NCBI GenBank assembly: GCA_965219955.1
Contig: OZ244799.1
Span: 2,336,001-2,400,000 of the forward strand
DNA length: 64,000 nucleotides
Origin: a bacterium
Lineage (GTDB): Bacteria; UBA8248
Direction of reading: 5' to 3'
The notes under the pieces are model-generated. The model had not been told where the DNA came from. It worked only from the letters and a program-made list of their open reading frames with translations, and made no database searches. Made by a program: the position numbers and the translations under genes. Positions 19,913 to 28,599 of the stretch are shown piece by piece (position 1 is the stretch's first letter; every line of letters begins with the position of its first letter).

Positions 19913-20196
19913 GGACAGGCCTCCGTGCCTGTCCCATGTCGTGGTGAATATGATCGATATAATCGACGGGGGGCGTGACGTAGGGGCGGTTCGCGAACCG
20001 CCCCTACAAAACCATCGCGAAACGAAACGTAGGGACAACCCTCCGTGGTTGTCCTTTGTCAGGGTTTCGGACAGGCACGGAGGCCTGTCCCTACGGCCAC
20101 ACGACGCCCGAACGACGATCCAAAACAACCCCCGCCGTGGTAGGCTGAACCCATCGGCGGCCAAGAAAAATCAAACCACCCACCCGGAGACCCCCC

Positions 20197-21225
20197 ATGA
20201 ACGAGATGGACGAATTCGAATTCTTTCTGGAGAAACCCTGGTCGGACGGCCTGCCCGTGGTGACGCCGACGGAAGAGCGCGTCGAGCGCATGCTGGCGGG
20301 CACGTCGCGCTCGCCCGATGAGGTCGTGACCCCCGTCCCGCCGCTGGACGAGACGGCCACGGTGCGCGACGTCGCCGCCCACGCCGTCATGGCGGGGTGC
20401 AGGCCCGAGTACCTCCCCGTGGTGATCGCCGCGCTCGAACTCATCGTCGAGGAACCCTTGAACCTGCGCGGCGTGCAGGCGACGATGCACAGCGTGGCGC
20501 CCCTCCTCATCCTGAACGGCCCCTACGCCAGGCGAATCGGCGTCACTGGCGGGCAGGGCTGCTTCGGCCCCGGCTTCCGGGCGAACGCCACCATCGGCCG
20601 CGCGGTGAGGCTCCTGCTGCTCAACCTGGGCGGCGGAATCGCGCGCGTGGCGTGCATGAGCATCTACAGCCAGCCGTCGCGCTTCACCTTCTGCGTCGCC
20701 GAGAACGAGGACGAAAGCCCCTGGGAGTCGCTCGCCGTATCGCGCGGCTACGGCGCGGATGAAGACGTGATCACCGCCGTCATGGTGGAGAACCCCCACA
20801 TCATCTTCAACGACGTGGACAGGGAGCCTGAGCGCCTGCTCGTCTCCCACATGGACAACATGGCGGCGATGGGCTCGTGGCCCATCTGGGTGCGGTCCGA
20901 CACCGTGCTCGTCCTCTCCCCCGAACACGCCCGCCTGTGCGCGCGGGCGGGCTTTACGCGCGCGGACGTGCACGCCTACGTCTCCGAAAACGCCGGCCGC
21001 ACGGTGGGCGAGCTCAAGCGCGGCGGCCCCTGGCGGGCGGATAGGCCGAACGGGCGGTGGGAATACCCGGTGGAAAGAGATAACGACGATTTCTTCATCC
21101 GCGTCGTGAACGAGCCCGAGGATTTGCACCTCATCGTCGCGGGCGGGGAGGGCCCCCTCGGCGCCGTGATGCCCGGCTGGAACGGCGCCAGCCGCGCCGT
21201 GCACCGGGCGTATGACGCGGTGTGA
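20197..21225 (+). CDS. Conserved hypothetical protein (family often encoded beside UGSC-type (seleno)proteins)
   Basis: WSDGLPVV.PT.ERV..ML, AVMAGC.PEYLPVV and GPGFRANATIGRA motifs. Confidence 0.7.
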   Translation: MNEMDEFEFFLEKPWSDGLPVVTPTEERVERMLAGTSRSPDEVVTPVPPLDETATVRDVAAHAVMAGCRPEYLPVVIAALELIVEEPLNLRGVQATMHSVAPLLILNGPYARRIGVTGGQGCFGPGFRANATIGRAVRLLLLNLGGGIARVACMSIYSQPSRFTFCVAENEDESPWESLAVSRGYGADEDVITAVMVENPHIIFNDVDREPERLLVSHMDNMAAMGSWPIWVRSDTVLVLSPEHARLCARAGFTRADVHAYVSENAGRTVGELKRGGPWRADRPNGRWEYPVERDNDDFFIRVVNEPEDLHLIVAGGEGPLGAVMPGWNGASRAVHRAYDAV

Positions 21226-21295
21226 TTGGGGGGGAGTGGAGGGTTGTCGGAATCCAAAAAGTTATTCTTGGGTGATTTGCCACCAGGTAGAAGAA

Positions 21296-21476
21296 CAATC
21301 AACTCCCCCCTTGAGGGGGAGTCGAAGAGGCAAGGGCGAAGCCCGCAGGCGATTCGGTGGGGGGACACGCCACAGAGTAAACCTCCCCCCACCGCATCAG
21401 CCTTCGCACAAACCGCTCGGCTTCTGTCGGGCTTCCCGAGGGGAAAGCCCGACCCCCTCAAGGGGGGAGTTGATTG
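21296..21476. repeat. Family A hairpin element upstream of DUF559
   Basis: Same terminal inverted repeats and interior as 11701-11869. Confidence 0.85.
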
Positions 21477-21604
21477 CTTCTCTACTCAGTCGGGTTTGAC
21501 CCTCAAGGGGGGAGTGATTCCCTTTTCTCGCTGGTTGGCAAGAAACCTCAAGGGGGGAATGAATCCCTTCCCTCGTCGGTTGGCGAAAAACCTCAAGGGG
21601 GAGT
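21456..21604 (+). repeat. 45-bp-period tandem array of CCTCAAGGGGG(G)A units
   Basis: Units start at 21456, 21501, 21546 and 21591. Confidence 0.85.
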
Positions 21605-21649
21605 AAAAACCTTCCCCAGAGGAATACGCAATAAACCGAGGAAGAAACA

Positions 21650-22033
21650 ATGAAACCCCGCCGCTCCAGTCAATCCACCCGCCGATACGCGGGAAAAACC
21701 CTGGAAAACGCCCGCACCCTCCGCCGTGAACGCACCGACGCGGAAGGCCTCCTCTGGGCGCGCCTGCGCGGCAACGCGCTCGGCGGCCGAAAATTCCGCC
21801 GCCAGCAGCCGATAGGCCCCTACATCGCGGATTTCGCCTGCATGCCCGAGAAGCTGCTCGTCGAACTCGACGGGGGCGGCCACGCGGAGCGCGAAACCCT
21901 CGATCGCAAGCGCGATGAATTCCTGAAGCGCAAAGGCTACCGCGTGCTGCGTTTCTGGAACACGGAGGTCTTTGAGAATCTCCAGGGAGTGCTGGAGAAG
22001 ATACACGAGGCGTTGGAGAAGAAGCCTGATTGA
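21650..22033 (+). CDS. DUF559 (Vsr-like PD-(D/E)xK) endonuclease domain protein
   Basis: ARTLRR..TDAE..LW..LR, KFRRQQPIGPYIADF, VELDGGGH and RD..L...GYRVLRFWN motifs. Confidence 0.92.
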   Translation: MKPRRSSQSTRRYAGKTLENARTLRRERTDAEGLLWARLRGNALGGRKFRRQQPIGPYIADFACMPEKLLVELDGGGHAERETLDRKRDEFLKRKGYRVLRFWNTEVFENLQGVLEKIHEALEKKPD

Positions 22034-22163
22034 GGGGGGGGTCCGCGCATCAGCGGGGAATAAAACGCCGCCGTGTATTCACCCGCACCCGCAAATGGAT
22101 TCCGGCTTTCGCCGGAATGACGAACCAAAACCGCTTTCCTCCCTTGTAGAGCGCCCAACAATC

Positions 22164-22332
22164 ACTCCCCCCTTGAGGGTCGGCCTTTCCTCCTCGGGAA
22201 GGCCGACGAAGAGCTAAGGGCGTAAGCCCGCAAGCGATTCGGTGGGGGGACATGCCACAGAAAAGCTCCCCCCACCGGTTCAGCCTTCGCACAAACCGCT
22301 CGGCTTCACCGACTCCCCCTCAAGGGGGGAGT
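22164..22332. repeat. Family A hairpin element downstream of DUF559
   Basis: Same terminal inverted repeats and interior as the other family A copies. Confidence 0.85.
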
Positions 22333-22500
22333 TGATTGTCAAACCCTTATCGGTTGGCAAGAACCCTCAAGGCGGGATGGATTGACGGAATGACGAACAA
22401 AACCATACTGCCTCATCCTGAGTAGCGGCGAAGCCGCGTATCGAAGGATGCCCCCTCCCCAACCGCTTTTCCCCCCCAAACACCACCCCAAAAACATTCC

Positions 22501-22530
22501 TTGACAAAAACTTTGCAATTCCCGCAAGAT
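22501..22530 (+). promoter_or_regulatory. Putative sigma70 promoter of structured element A
   Basis: TTGACA-18 bp-CAAGAT, duplicated at 22629-22658. Confidence 0.55.
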
Positions 22531-22536
22531 GCCTTC

Positions 22537-22628
22537 GTGCGACACAATCCGCGGGGTGAAGAGGCTTCGGCTGCTTGCCTTCCACGAGGCGGCCCTCTCA
22601 CAGAGGGTCGATTTGGCAAGAATTCACC
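22537..22628 (+). ncRNA. Candidate structured RNA, copy A (3' arm missing)
   Basis: TGCGACAC start; nested pairings GGTGAA/TTCACC, CTTGCC/GGCAAG and CGGCCCTCT/AGAGGGTCG; similar to copy B. Confidence 0.4.
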
Positions 22629-22658
22629 TTGACAAAACGGAAATAGCTGTAGCAAGAT
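22629..22658 (+). promoter_or_regulatory. Putative sigma70 promoter of structured element B
   Basis: TTGACA-18 bp-CAAGAT; the hairpin begins about 5 nt downstream. Confidence 0.55.
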
Positions 22659-22662
22659 GGAT

Positions 22663-22793
22663 GTTGCGACACATTCCATGAGGTGCAGTCGTCTCCGGGC
22701 TGCCTGCTGAATACAACACGGCCTTCTCCTTTGAGGGCCGGAACAAGCGGGAACCCACCTCAAGAACCTATACCTCGTGGATTGTGTCGCAAC
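22663..22793 (+). ncRNA. Candidate structured RNA, copy B
   Basis: About 26-bp closing stem GTTGCGACACATTCCATGAGGTGCAG / CTATACCTCGTGGATTGTGTCGCAAC with G-U pairs and two mismatches; internal loops and apical CGGCCTTC/GAGGGCCG hairpin. Confidence 0.55.
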
Positions 22794-22946
22794 CAGCCCG
22801 GACTGCGACGCCGCCCTGTCGCTCCGCTCCGGCGCTGCTGATGCGGATCACGACGGGCCGGATGCCGGCCTTCATATACACGCGATAGAGGAGGCTCATC
22901 GGACGAAGCCGAGAATGCGCTGAGAGACCCTTTTGAACGAGAAAGT

Positions 22947-23065
22947 TTGCGACACGATTCACGAGGAGCAGTCATCTTCCGGGTGACGGCTGGAATGAGA
23001 AAAAGACCCTCCCCCCCGAAAGGCGGGGAACCCACCTGCAAGATCAATCCTCCTGAATGGTGTTC
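22947..23065 (+). ncRNA. Candidate structured RNA, copy C
   Basis: Shares TTGCGACAC, GAGG.GCAGTC.TCT, CCGGG and GCGGG(G)AACCCACCT(G)CAAGA with copy B; pairing retained despite substitutions; GAAA tetraloop. Confidence 0.5.
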
Positions 23066-23232
23066 CAGGCAGGCCGGACGGCGAGCCCTGGAAGCCGCCG
23101 ATCTCCGGTTGCCAAAGAAAACAGAACCCAAAGCTTATGGCCCGATTTAAACGCGAGGAAAGGAGGTTAATCGGAGAAAGCCGGAAATTTACGGAAAATC
23201 CCTTTTTCTATGTATCCAGGAGGACTCACTAA

Positions 23233-24990
23233 ATGACGTTCAGAGAGAAACCGATAACCAAGCTTTACGCTTTCGCGATGGCGGCGGTTTTCGCCCTCGT
23301 GCTGGCCGGCTGCGGCGGCGGCGGCGGCAGCGCTGCTGTTGAAGAAGAGCCGCCCGTGGTGGTGGAGCCGGAACCGACCCCGCAGGAAATGTGCGAGGCG
23401 GACAACGGCCGGTATAACGACGACGGTACCTGCACCTCCGCTGAAGAACTCGCGGCCGAAATGGCCGAAGCGGAAGCCCTGAGTGGCGCGCAGGACGCCG
23501 CGATGGCGGCCTACATGGCGGCGATGGCGGCCGTGAGCGGCGCGAAGGACCCCGTGGCGATGGGCAACGCGCAGCCGTACGCGGGCATGGCCAAGGAGGC
23601 CTCCGACATGGCGGCTGCGGCCACGACTTCCGAGATGGCCATGGAATACCAGATGAAGGCCGAGATGTACCGCGACATGGCCATGAAAGCGGGGATGACG
23701 CGCGGCCTGGGTCTGACCACCCTGGCGAACAAGATCACGAACCAAGCCGATATCGACAACGCCATACTCGAGGGCACGGAGCCCGACGATCCCGTCTCCA
23801 ACGCGACGAGAGTGGGTGCGGCGCTGGCGCTTTCAGCCGCTGCCGATGCCGACCCTACAACGACTGCTGGAAGCGTCCATCAAGGCGGAACTGCTAGCGC
23901 AACAGCGACTTACGGCGCGAGCGGACCCAGCATGACAGTGGATCTGACCGCTGTTACTGGGGCTAATCCGGTAACCAGAGGCGAAAACCCGCAGGGGCTG
24001 ACGACGCGCGGCGGCTGGATGGGCGCCGAACTGGTAGGGGGCGCAACCGGCGCGACAAACAGCATGACGTACGCCAACGCCTACACGGACGTTCAACCGG
24101 ATAAGGTGACGCCGAATTATGAAGCCGATGTCACTTTGACGCCCGGCACCGGGGTACTCACTGGCGATATTCCGGGTGACGGGTCAAGCTTCGAAGGAAC
24201 ATACAATGCGTCTACTACAGACAATACCCCGGCGGTGCCGGGGCGATACCATTGTCCTACCGGCGCTGCCGGGGTCTGCTCCATCAGCGCCGACGACAAG
24301 GGCAATATCGTATCGGTTGTGGGCTACGTGTTCCAGCCCTTGGATAGCTCAACGGGCACCAAAACACCCGACACCGACTATCTGGCCTGGGGCGTCTGGC
24401 TGCACGTTCCGAACGCTACGGAAGCGACGAACCTTGCCGTCGCCGGCGCATTCGCGAGCGGCAACGACGTGTTCGAGGTCAGGGCTGAACTCAAAGGCAC
24501 GGCGACTTATAACGGCGTCGCGACAGGCATGTATTCGGCGGCCGGCATGGTCGAATACTTCGACGCGGACGTCAGCCTGATGGCCAACTTCGGCGGAACC
24601 GTTGGGGCTGATTCAGATACTACTACAGATGTAACAAATGACGGGTTCCTCCTGGGCGCCGTCACCGGCTCCGTCTCCAACATCAGGGCCGGCGGCATGG
24701 ACGTGGCTGGTTCGCTGACACTCAAGAGGGCACCCATCGTTACGACTACCGCAAACGGCGACAGCTCGAACGGCTTCACCGGCGACACTTCGGGTACCTT
24801 GGCGAGCAGAGCCATGGCCGGCGAATGGGGCGGCCAGTTCTACGGCCCCAACAAGGCGACGGCGGATACAGCCGCCGCTCAAACTGAATTCCCCACGACC
24901 GCCGCGGGCACGTTCGGTGCGGATTCCGATGGTGTCGGTACCGACAAGGTAAGAATCCTCGGCTCTTTCGGCACGTGGAAGGCCGAGTAG
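23233..24990 (+). CDS. Surface lipoprotein with TbpB-like C-terminal beta-barrel
   Basis: Lipobox LAGC plus Gly linker; DYLAWGVWL, ATYNG.ATG.Y, GEWGGQFYG, AAGTFG and terminal GSFG; AGGAGG RBS. Confidence 0.8.
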   Translation: MTFREKPITKLYAFAMAAVFALVLAGCGGGGGSAAVEEEPPVVVEPEPTPQEMCEADNGRYNDDGTCTSAEELAAEMAEAEALSGAQDAAMAAYMAAMAAVSGAKDPVAMGNAQPYAGMAKEASDMAAAATTSEMAMEYQMKAEMYRDMAMKAGMTRGLGLTTLANKITNQADIDNAILEGTEPDDPVSNATRVGAALALSAAADADPTTTAGSVHQGGTASATATYGASGPSMTVDLTAVTGANPVTRGENPQGLTTRGGWMGAELVGGATGATNSMTYANAYTDVQPDKVTPNYEADVTLTPGTGVLTGDIPGDGSSFEGTYNASTTDNTPAVPGRYHCPTGAAGVCSISADDKGNIVSVVGYVFQPLDSSTGTKTPDTDYLAWGVWLHVPNATEATNLAVAGAFASGNDVFEVRAELKGTATYNGVATGMYSAAGMVEYFDADVSLMANFGGTVGADSDTTTDVTNDGFLLGAVTGSVSNIRAGGMDVAGSLTLKRAPIVTTTANGDSSNGFTGDTSGTLASRAMAGEWGGQFYGPNKATADTAAAQTEFPTTAAGTFGADSDGVGTDKVRILGSFGTWKAE

Positions 24991-25017
24991 TAAGCAACAG
25001 CGCATGACTCCCTTCGA

Positions 25018-25043
25018 GCCCCGGGCTGCATCAAGCCCGGGGC
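25018..25043 (+). terminator. GC-rich hairpin after lipoprotein 1
   Basis: GCCCCGGGCT-6 nt-AGCCCGGGGC; no U-tract, so terminator function is uncertain. Confidence 0.35.
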
Positions 25044-26579
25044 CGGGGGATGGAAAAGCAGGGCGCTCCGGCGCGCGCAAGCGGTAGATGGAACCCGAGT
25101 TTTATCCGTCCGCCCCCTTCCGCTTCAGGAGGGGGGGCAGCCTTAGGGGGCAAATGATGAAAATGCTCAAGTTTTCGAGATTGGCGGTACTTGTCGCGTG
25201 CATTGCGGCATTTGCCTCCGGTTGCGGCGGCGGTGGCGGCGGCTCAGCGACGACGCCGGAAGAACCACCGGTGATGGAATGCCCGCAGGGCCAGGTCGGG
25301 ACGTACCCGGACTGCATGGATCCGCCACCGGCCGAGCCGACCGATGCGGAAAAGATAGCGGCGGCGAGACAGGAACTTTCAACTATCCTTTCAAATGCCC
25401 AGGCGCGGGCGGGGGCGGCGAGTTCGGCCGCGGCCGCGATACAAACCAACCCCGACGCCACGGCCGATCAGATCACGAGCGCCATCAGCCACAGCAGCAC
25501 CGCGCAAAGCGCCCTGGCGAGTATCGTGAGCGCGAATACCGCGGCGACCCTGGCCACTACGCCGGCGGAGGCGAATACGGCGCTGGGGAACGCCAGAGCG
25601 GCTCAAGGCACTCTCAACACAGCCGCATCGTCAATAGCGGGCATTCAGGGCGCCGTGCAGGCGGCAACGAACCAACGCCAACAGCGGGAAGCGGACGAGG
25701 CCGCCTTGACGGGCGGGTCCTCGCTCATCAGGCATTTGAGGGACAACAAGAAAGTATATGATGCTCTCCTGCCACTGAGCGCTACTTCTATTCCTGACGG
25801 CAACCTGGGTTCGACGGACGACGCCAACCAGGCAACTTTTCCTGTTTACTATCAAGCAACAGACGGAACAACACCCGGGACGGAATATCCGAGACCCCGG
25901 GATACGAACCAAGGAGTTTTGGCCGTTACGATAACACCGACAGGAGGGGTAGTTTCGTCGCACAGCAAAACGGGCAGAATCAAGGACCCGGGCCGTCTCC
26001 ATCAGGGTTTCGACCTGAAAAACACTGCCGGCACCATCTTCGCCAATGCCTACACGGATATTTCGGTGTCGCAATTGGTAAGGACCCTTGATGGTTCCAG
26101 GAATCTAATACCAAACGCTTCAGATACACCAGCTGATGAGAGCCGGGTGTATCAGCCAGATCCCGATTATTTGCTCGCTGGAATCTGGCTTGATGACTCG
26201 GGCGACACCCCTTCGCTTCAAGCCTTTGCGTACGGCAGCCAGCCCATCACCTCTACCGCTACGCATGATTTTTGCAGCGTCACAGATTTAACCGATACCC
26301 CTGCGCTCGCCAAGACCTGCGACACGACAGGAGGGTTTAATTCGATCGCCTCGGTGCTCGACAACAATACGGACAAGAGCTACACGTATCGAGGAAACGC
26401 GAACGGCGCGTATATGGCGGACGGAAAGGCCAGTTATTTCAAGGCGGACGTTTCGCTCACGGCTGAATTCCAGGATGTAGGCGGAACAGGCTCGGGTAGT
26501 ATCGGGGGCGCAGTCACGAACATCATGGCCGGCGGAAATCGCATTGACGGAAGCATTGAATTGCAGGAACAGACTCTAA

Positions 26580-28314
26580 CCCGGATATTTCACCGAGGCT
26601 TTGGAACGGCCTGATTTGAAGTCGTGGACGGCTTGATTCGGGAGGCGGCCTTCTTCGTCGGCGCGATACGATGACGCACGGCGCCCGAGCGGCGCTTTTT
26701 CGTCGATTTCGAAGGCTTTCGGGGAGTGCCGGCCGACGCGCAGGCGCAGGTTTCCCGCTGCGGCAACCTATGTCGCTCCGATTCTACGCTCAGTCACTCT
26801 CCCCCGCCGTCGGCCAGGGCGGGTGCGTACGCAGGTTGTTCACTACCTTTTCGAAGAGCGCCGCATGGGGCCAGGCCTCGGAGATAGACAGCCGGACCTT
26901 GCGCACGCTGACCCTCACGCGGGCGCCGATCTTGAGCAGTTTCAGCCGGATCGTTGCGCACTGGGCCCTGGCGCATGTCGTGCCCGCCAGCCCCAGGCGC
27001 CGGAGTCCGTGCATCAGGACGTAGGCGAAGGAGGCGAAGTAGAGCCGCAACTGATTGGCCCTCATGGTGGCGCTGCTGGTGCGGTCGGCGAACAGGCCGA
27101 GTTGCTGTTCCTTGATGCGGTTCTCCATCTCTCCCCGGGCGCAGTAGAGTTCTTCGTAGAGGCGTCTGGCGCCGGCCCGCCGGGGGCGGAGATTGGTGAC
27201 CACGAACCGCGGGTTCGCCCCCCTGGGCAGGTATTGCGCCTTGCCCACCACCCGGCGGGTTCTGGACCAGCTCTTGCGCGTTCGATAGCGGAAGTCGCGA
27301 TACCGGCGCGCCGGCTCACCCGTGCGGCGACAGACGACCTCGGCCCGGTAGAGGTCCCGGCCAATCGCCCGCACCAGCCGCGCGTTGCGCGCCATGCCGA
27401 ACACGTAGCCGACGCCGTTCTCCTCGCACCAGCGCATCAACGGCTCGCGGCAAAAACCCGAGTCGCCGCGAACCACGACCCGCGTACGCGGCCAGCGCCT
27501 GCGGACCTGCGCCACGATCCGCGCCAACTCCTCCTCGCTGCCGGCCGAGGCGTCGACGTTCGAGCGGCGCAGCCGCGCGCACAGCAGATGCGCGCCGCAG
27601 AAGACGTAGAGCGGCAGATAACAGTAGCGGCCGTAATAGCCGTGGAAGAAGCGCCCCTCCTGGCGACCGTGCAGGGGGTCGTCCGTGGCGTCGAGGTCCA
27701 GCCATATCTCTTCGGGCGGTTCGGCGTAAGACTCCATGAACACGTCCACCAGCAGGCGGTCCATCGCCTCGAAGTCCGCAGCGATGCGCTTGTAGCGATC
27801 CGTCGCCGCCTCGGCGCCGCCCAACTCCAGGCGGTTCAGCGTACTCGATGCGGCCAGCGGAGAGCCGCGGTCCCGAAGGCGAACCCGCCCGGCTCCCGTC
27901 AGGTCCCGCTTGCCCACCAGCAGCGCCAGCAACCTGTCGCGGCGCAAATCCTCGTGGTCGTTCAGGTCCTCGTAGCCCAGCGCCAGCGCGTACACCCGCT
28001 GCGCCGCCAGCGAGCGCACCGGGTGCTCCACGCTGCCGGGCTTGCGGCAATCACGAAAACACCGCGCCAGACGAGCCATCAGACCCAGGCGGAGATCCGT
28101 CTCGCGAAGCAGCACCCCGCCGGCGTCCGACGTGATCCGTCCGCCGTCGAATCGGGCGATGACCTCGCGTCTTCCGTGGGGGTGAAAGTGAAGTTGTTCC
28201 GGTGTACAATGCGTATCCATGGGGCCTCTCTGTCGGACGGGTGTAAGTTATTGAGACAACTCACATTATCCGACATTCAGAGGCCCCATGCCATTTGTCG
28301 GTGAAATATCCGGG
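26580..28314 (-). mobile_element. IS1380-family insertion sequence, complete copy 2 (1735 bp)
   Basis: 17-bp perfect IRs CCCGGATATTTCACCGA; CTAA direct repeats at 26576-26579 and 28315-28318. Confidence 0.96.
26790..28220 (-). CDS. IS1380-family transposase
   Basis: FDGGRITSDAGG.LL, GYEDLNDH..LR.D and DDE motifs; 476 aa. Confidence 0.96.
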   Translation of the reverse strand: MDTHCTPEQLHFHPHGRREVIARFDGGRITSDAGGVLLRETDLRLGLMARLARCFRDCRKPGSVEHPVRSLAAQRVYALALGYEDLNDHEDLRRDRLLALLVGKRDLTGAGRVRLRDRGSPLAASSTLNRLELGGAEAATDRYKRIAADFEAMDRLLVDVFMESYAEPPEEIWLDLDATDDPLHGRQEGRFFHGYYGRYCYLPLYVFCGAHLLCARLRRSNVDASAGSEEELARIVAQVRRRWPRTRVVVRGDSGFCREPLMRWCEENGVGYVFGMARNARLVRAIGRDLYRAEVVCRRTGEPARRYRDFRYRTRKSWSRTRRVVGKAQYLPRGANPRFVVTNLRPRRAGARRLYEELYCARGEMENRIKEQQLGLFADRTSSATMRANQLRLYFASFAYVLMHGLRRLGLAGTTCARAQCATIRLKLLKIGARVRVSVRKVRLSISEAWPHAALFEKVVNNLRTHPPWPTAGESD

Positions 28315-28599
28315 CTAACCGATGATCTGAGTGTAGCTTTTACGGGCACCGCCGCTGGCGTGGTTGGAGGAAATGCCTACAACGGCGCCTGGAAGGGCCG
28401 GTTTTTCGGATTGAGACATGACAAAAAAGTTACAGCCCCAAGGGTTGCGGTAGAAAACAATCCAGACACACAAACCATTTCATATACGCCCGGACTCCCG
28501 GGCTCTGTTGCCGGGACGTTTTACCTCAACAAGCTGACCGGGCCCGGAGGAGACGCCGCCTTCATCGGGGCGTTCGGGGCGCACAGGTAGGAGAGCAGG

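Larger units (their letters stand above)
25154..28590 (+). pseudogene. Second TbpB-like surface lipoprotein, interrupted by IS1380
   Basis: Lipobox ASGC; removing the IS and one CTAA restores ...LQEQTLTDDLSVAF...GAWKGRFFG...GAFGAHR in frame. Confidence 0.9.

Noticed and set aside
21456-21604. CRISPR array
   Set aside because: The constant part is only about 13-18 bp, the linkers resemble each other, the unit derives from the family A terminus, and there are no cas genes in the window.
22800-22945. Hammerhead ribozyme between elements B and C
   Set aside because: Only partial cores (CTGATGC; CCGATGAG on the minus strand), without a properly placed GAAA and three stems.
22663-23065. 6S RNA or c-di-AMP (ydaO) riboswitch
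   Set aside because: GGGAACCCACC and GCTGAAT recall these RNAs, but the copies are only about 120-130 nt, occur three times, and lack the remaining consensus and usual gene context. Kept as an unknown RNA pending an Rfam search.
1-28314. Composite transposon bounded by the two IS1380 copies
   Set aside because: Copy 2 has its own matching CTAA duplication and splits one gene, so it inserted independently.
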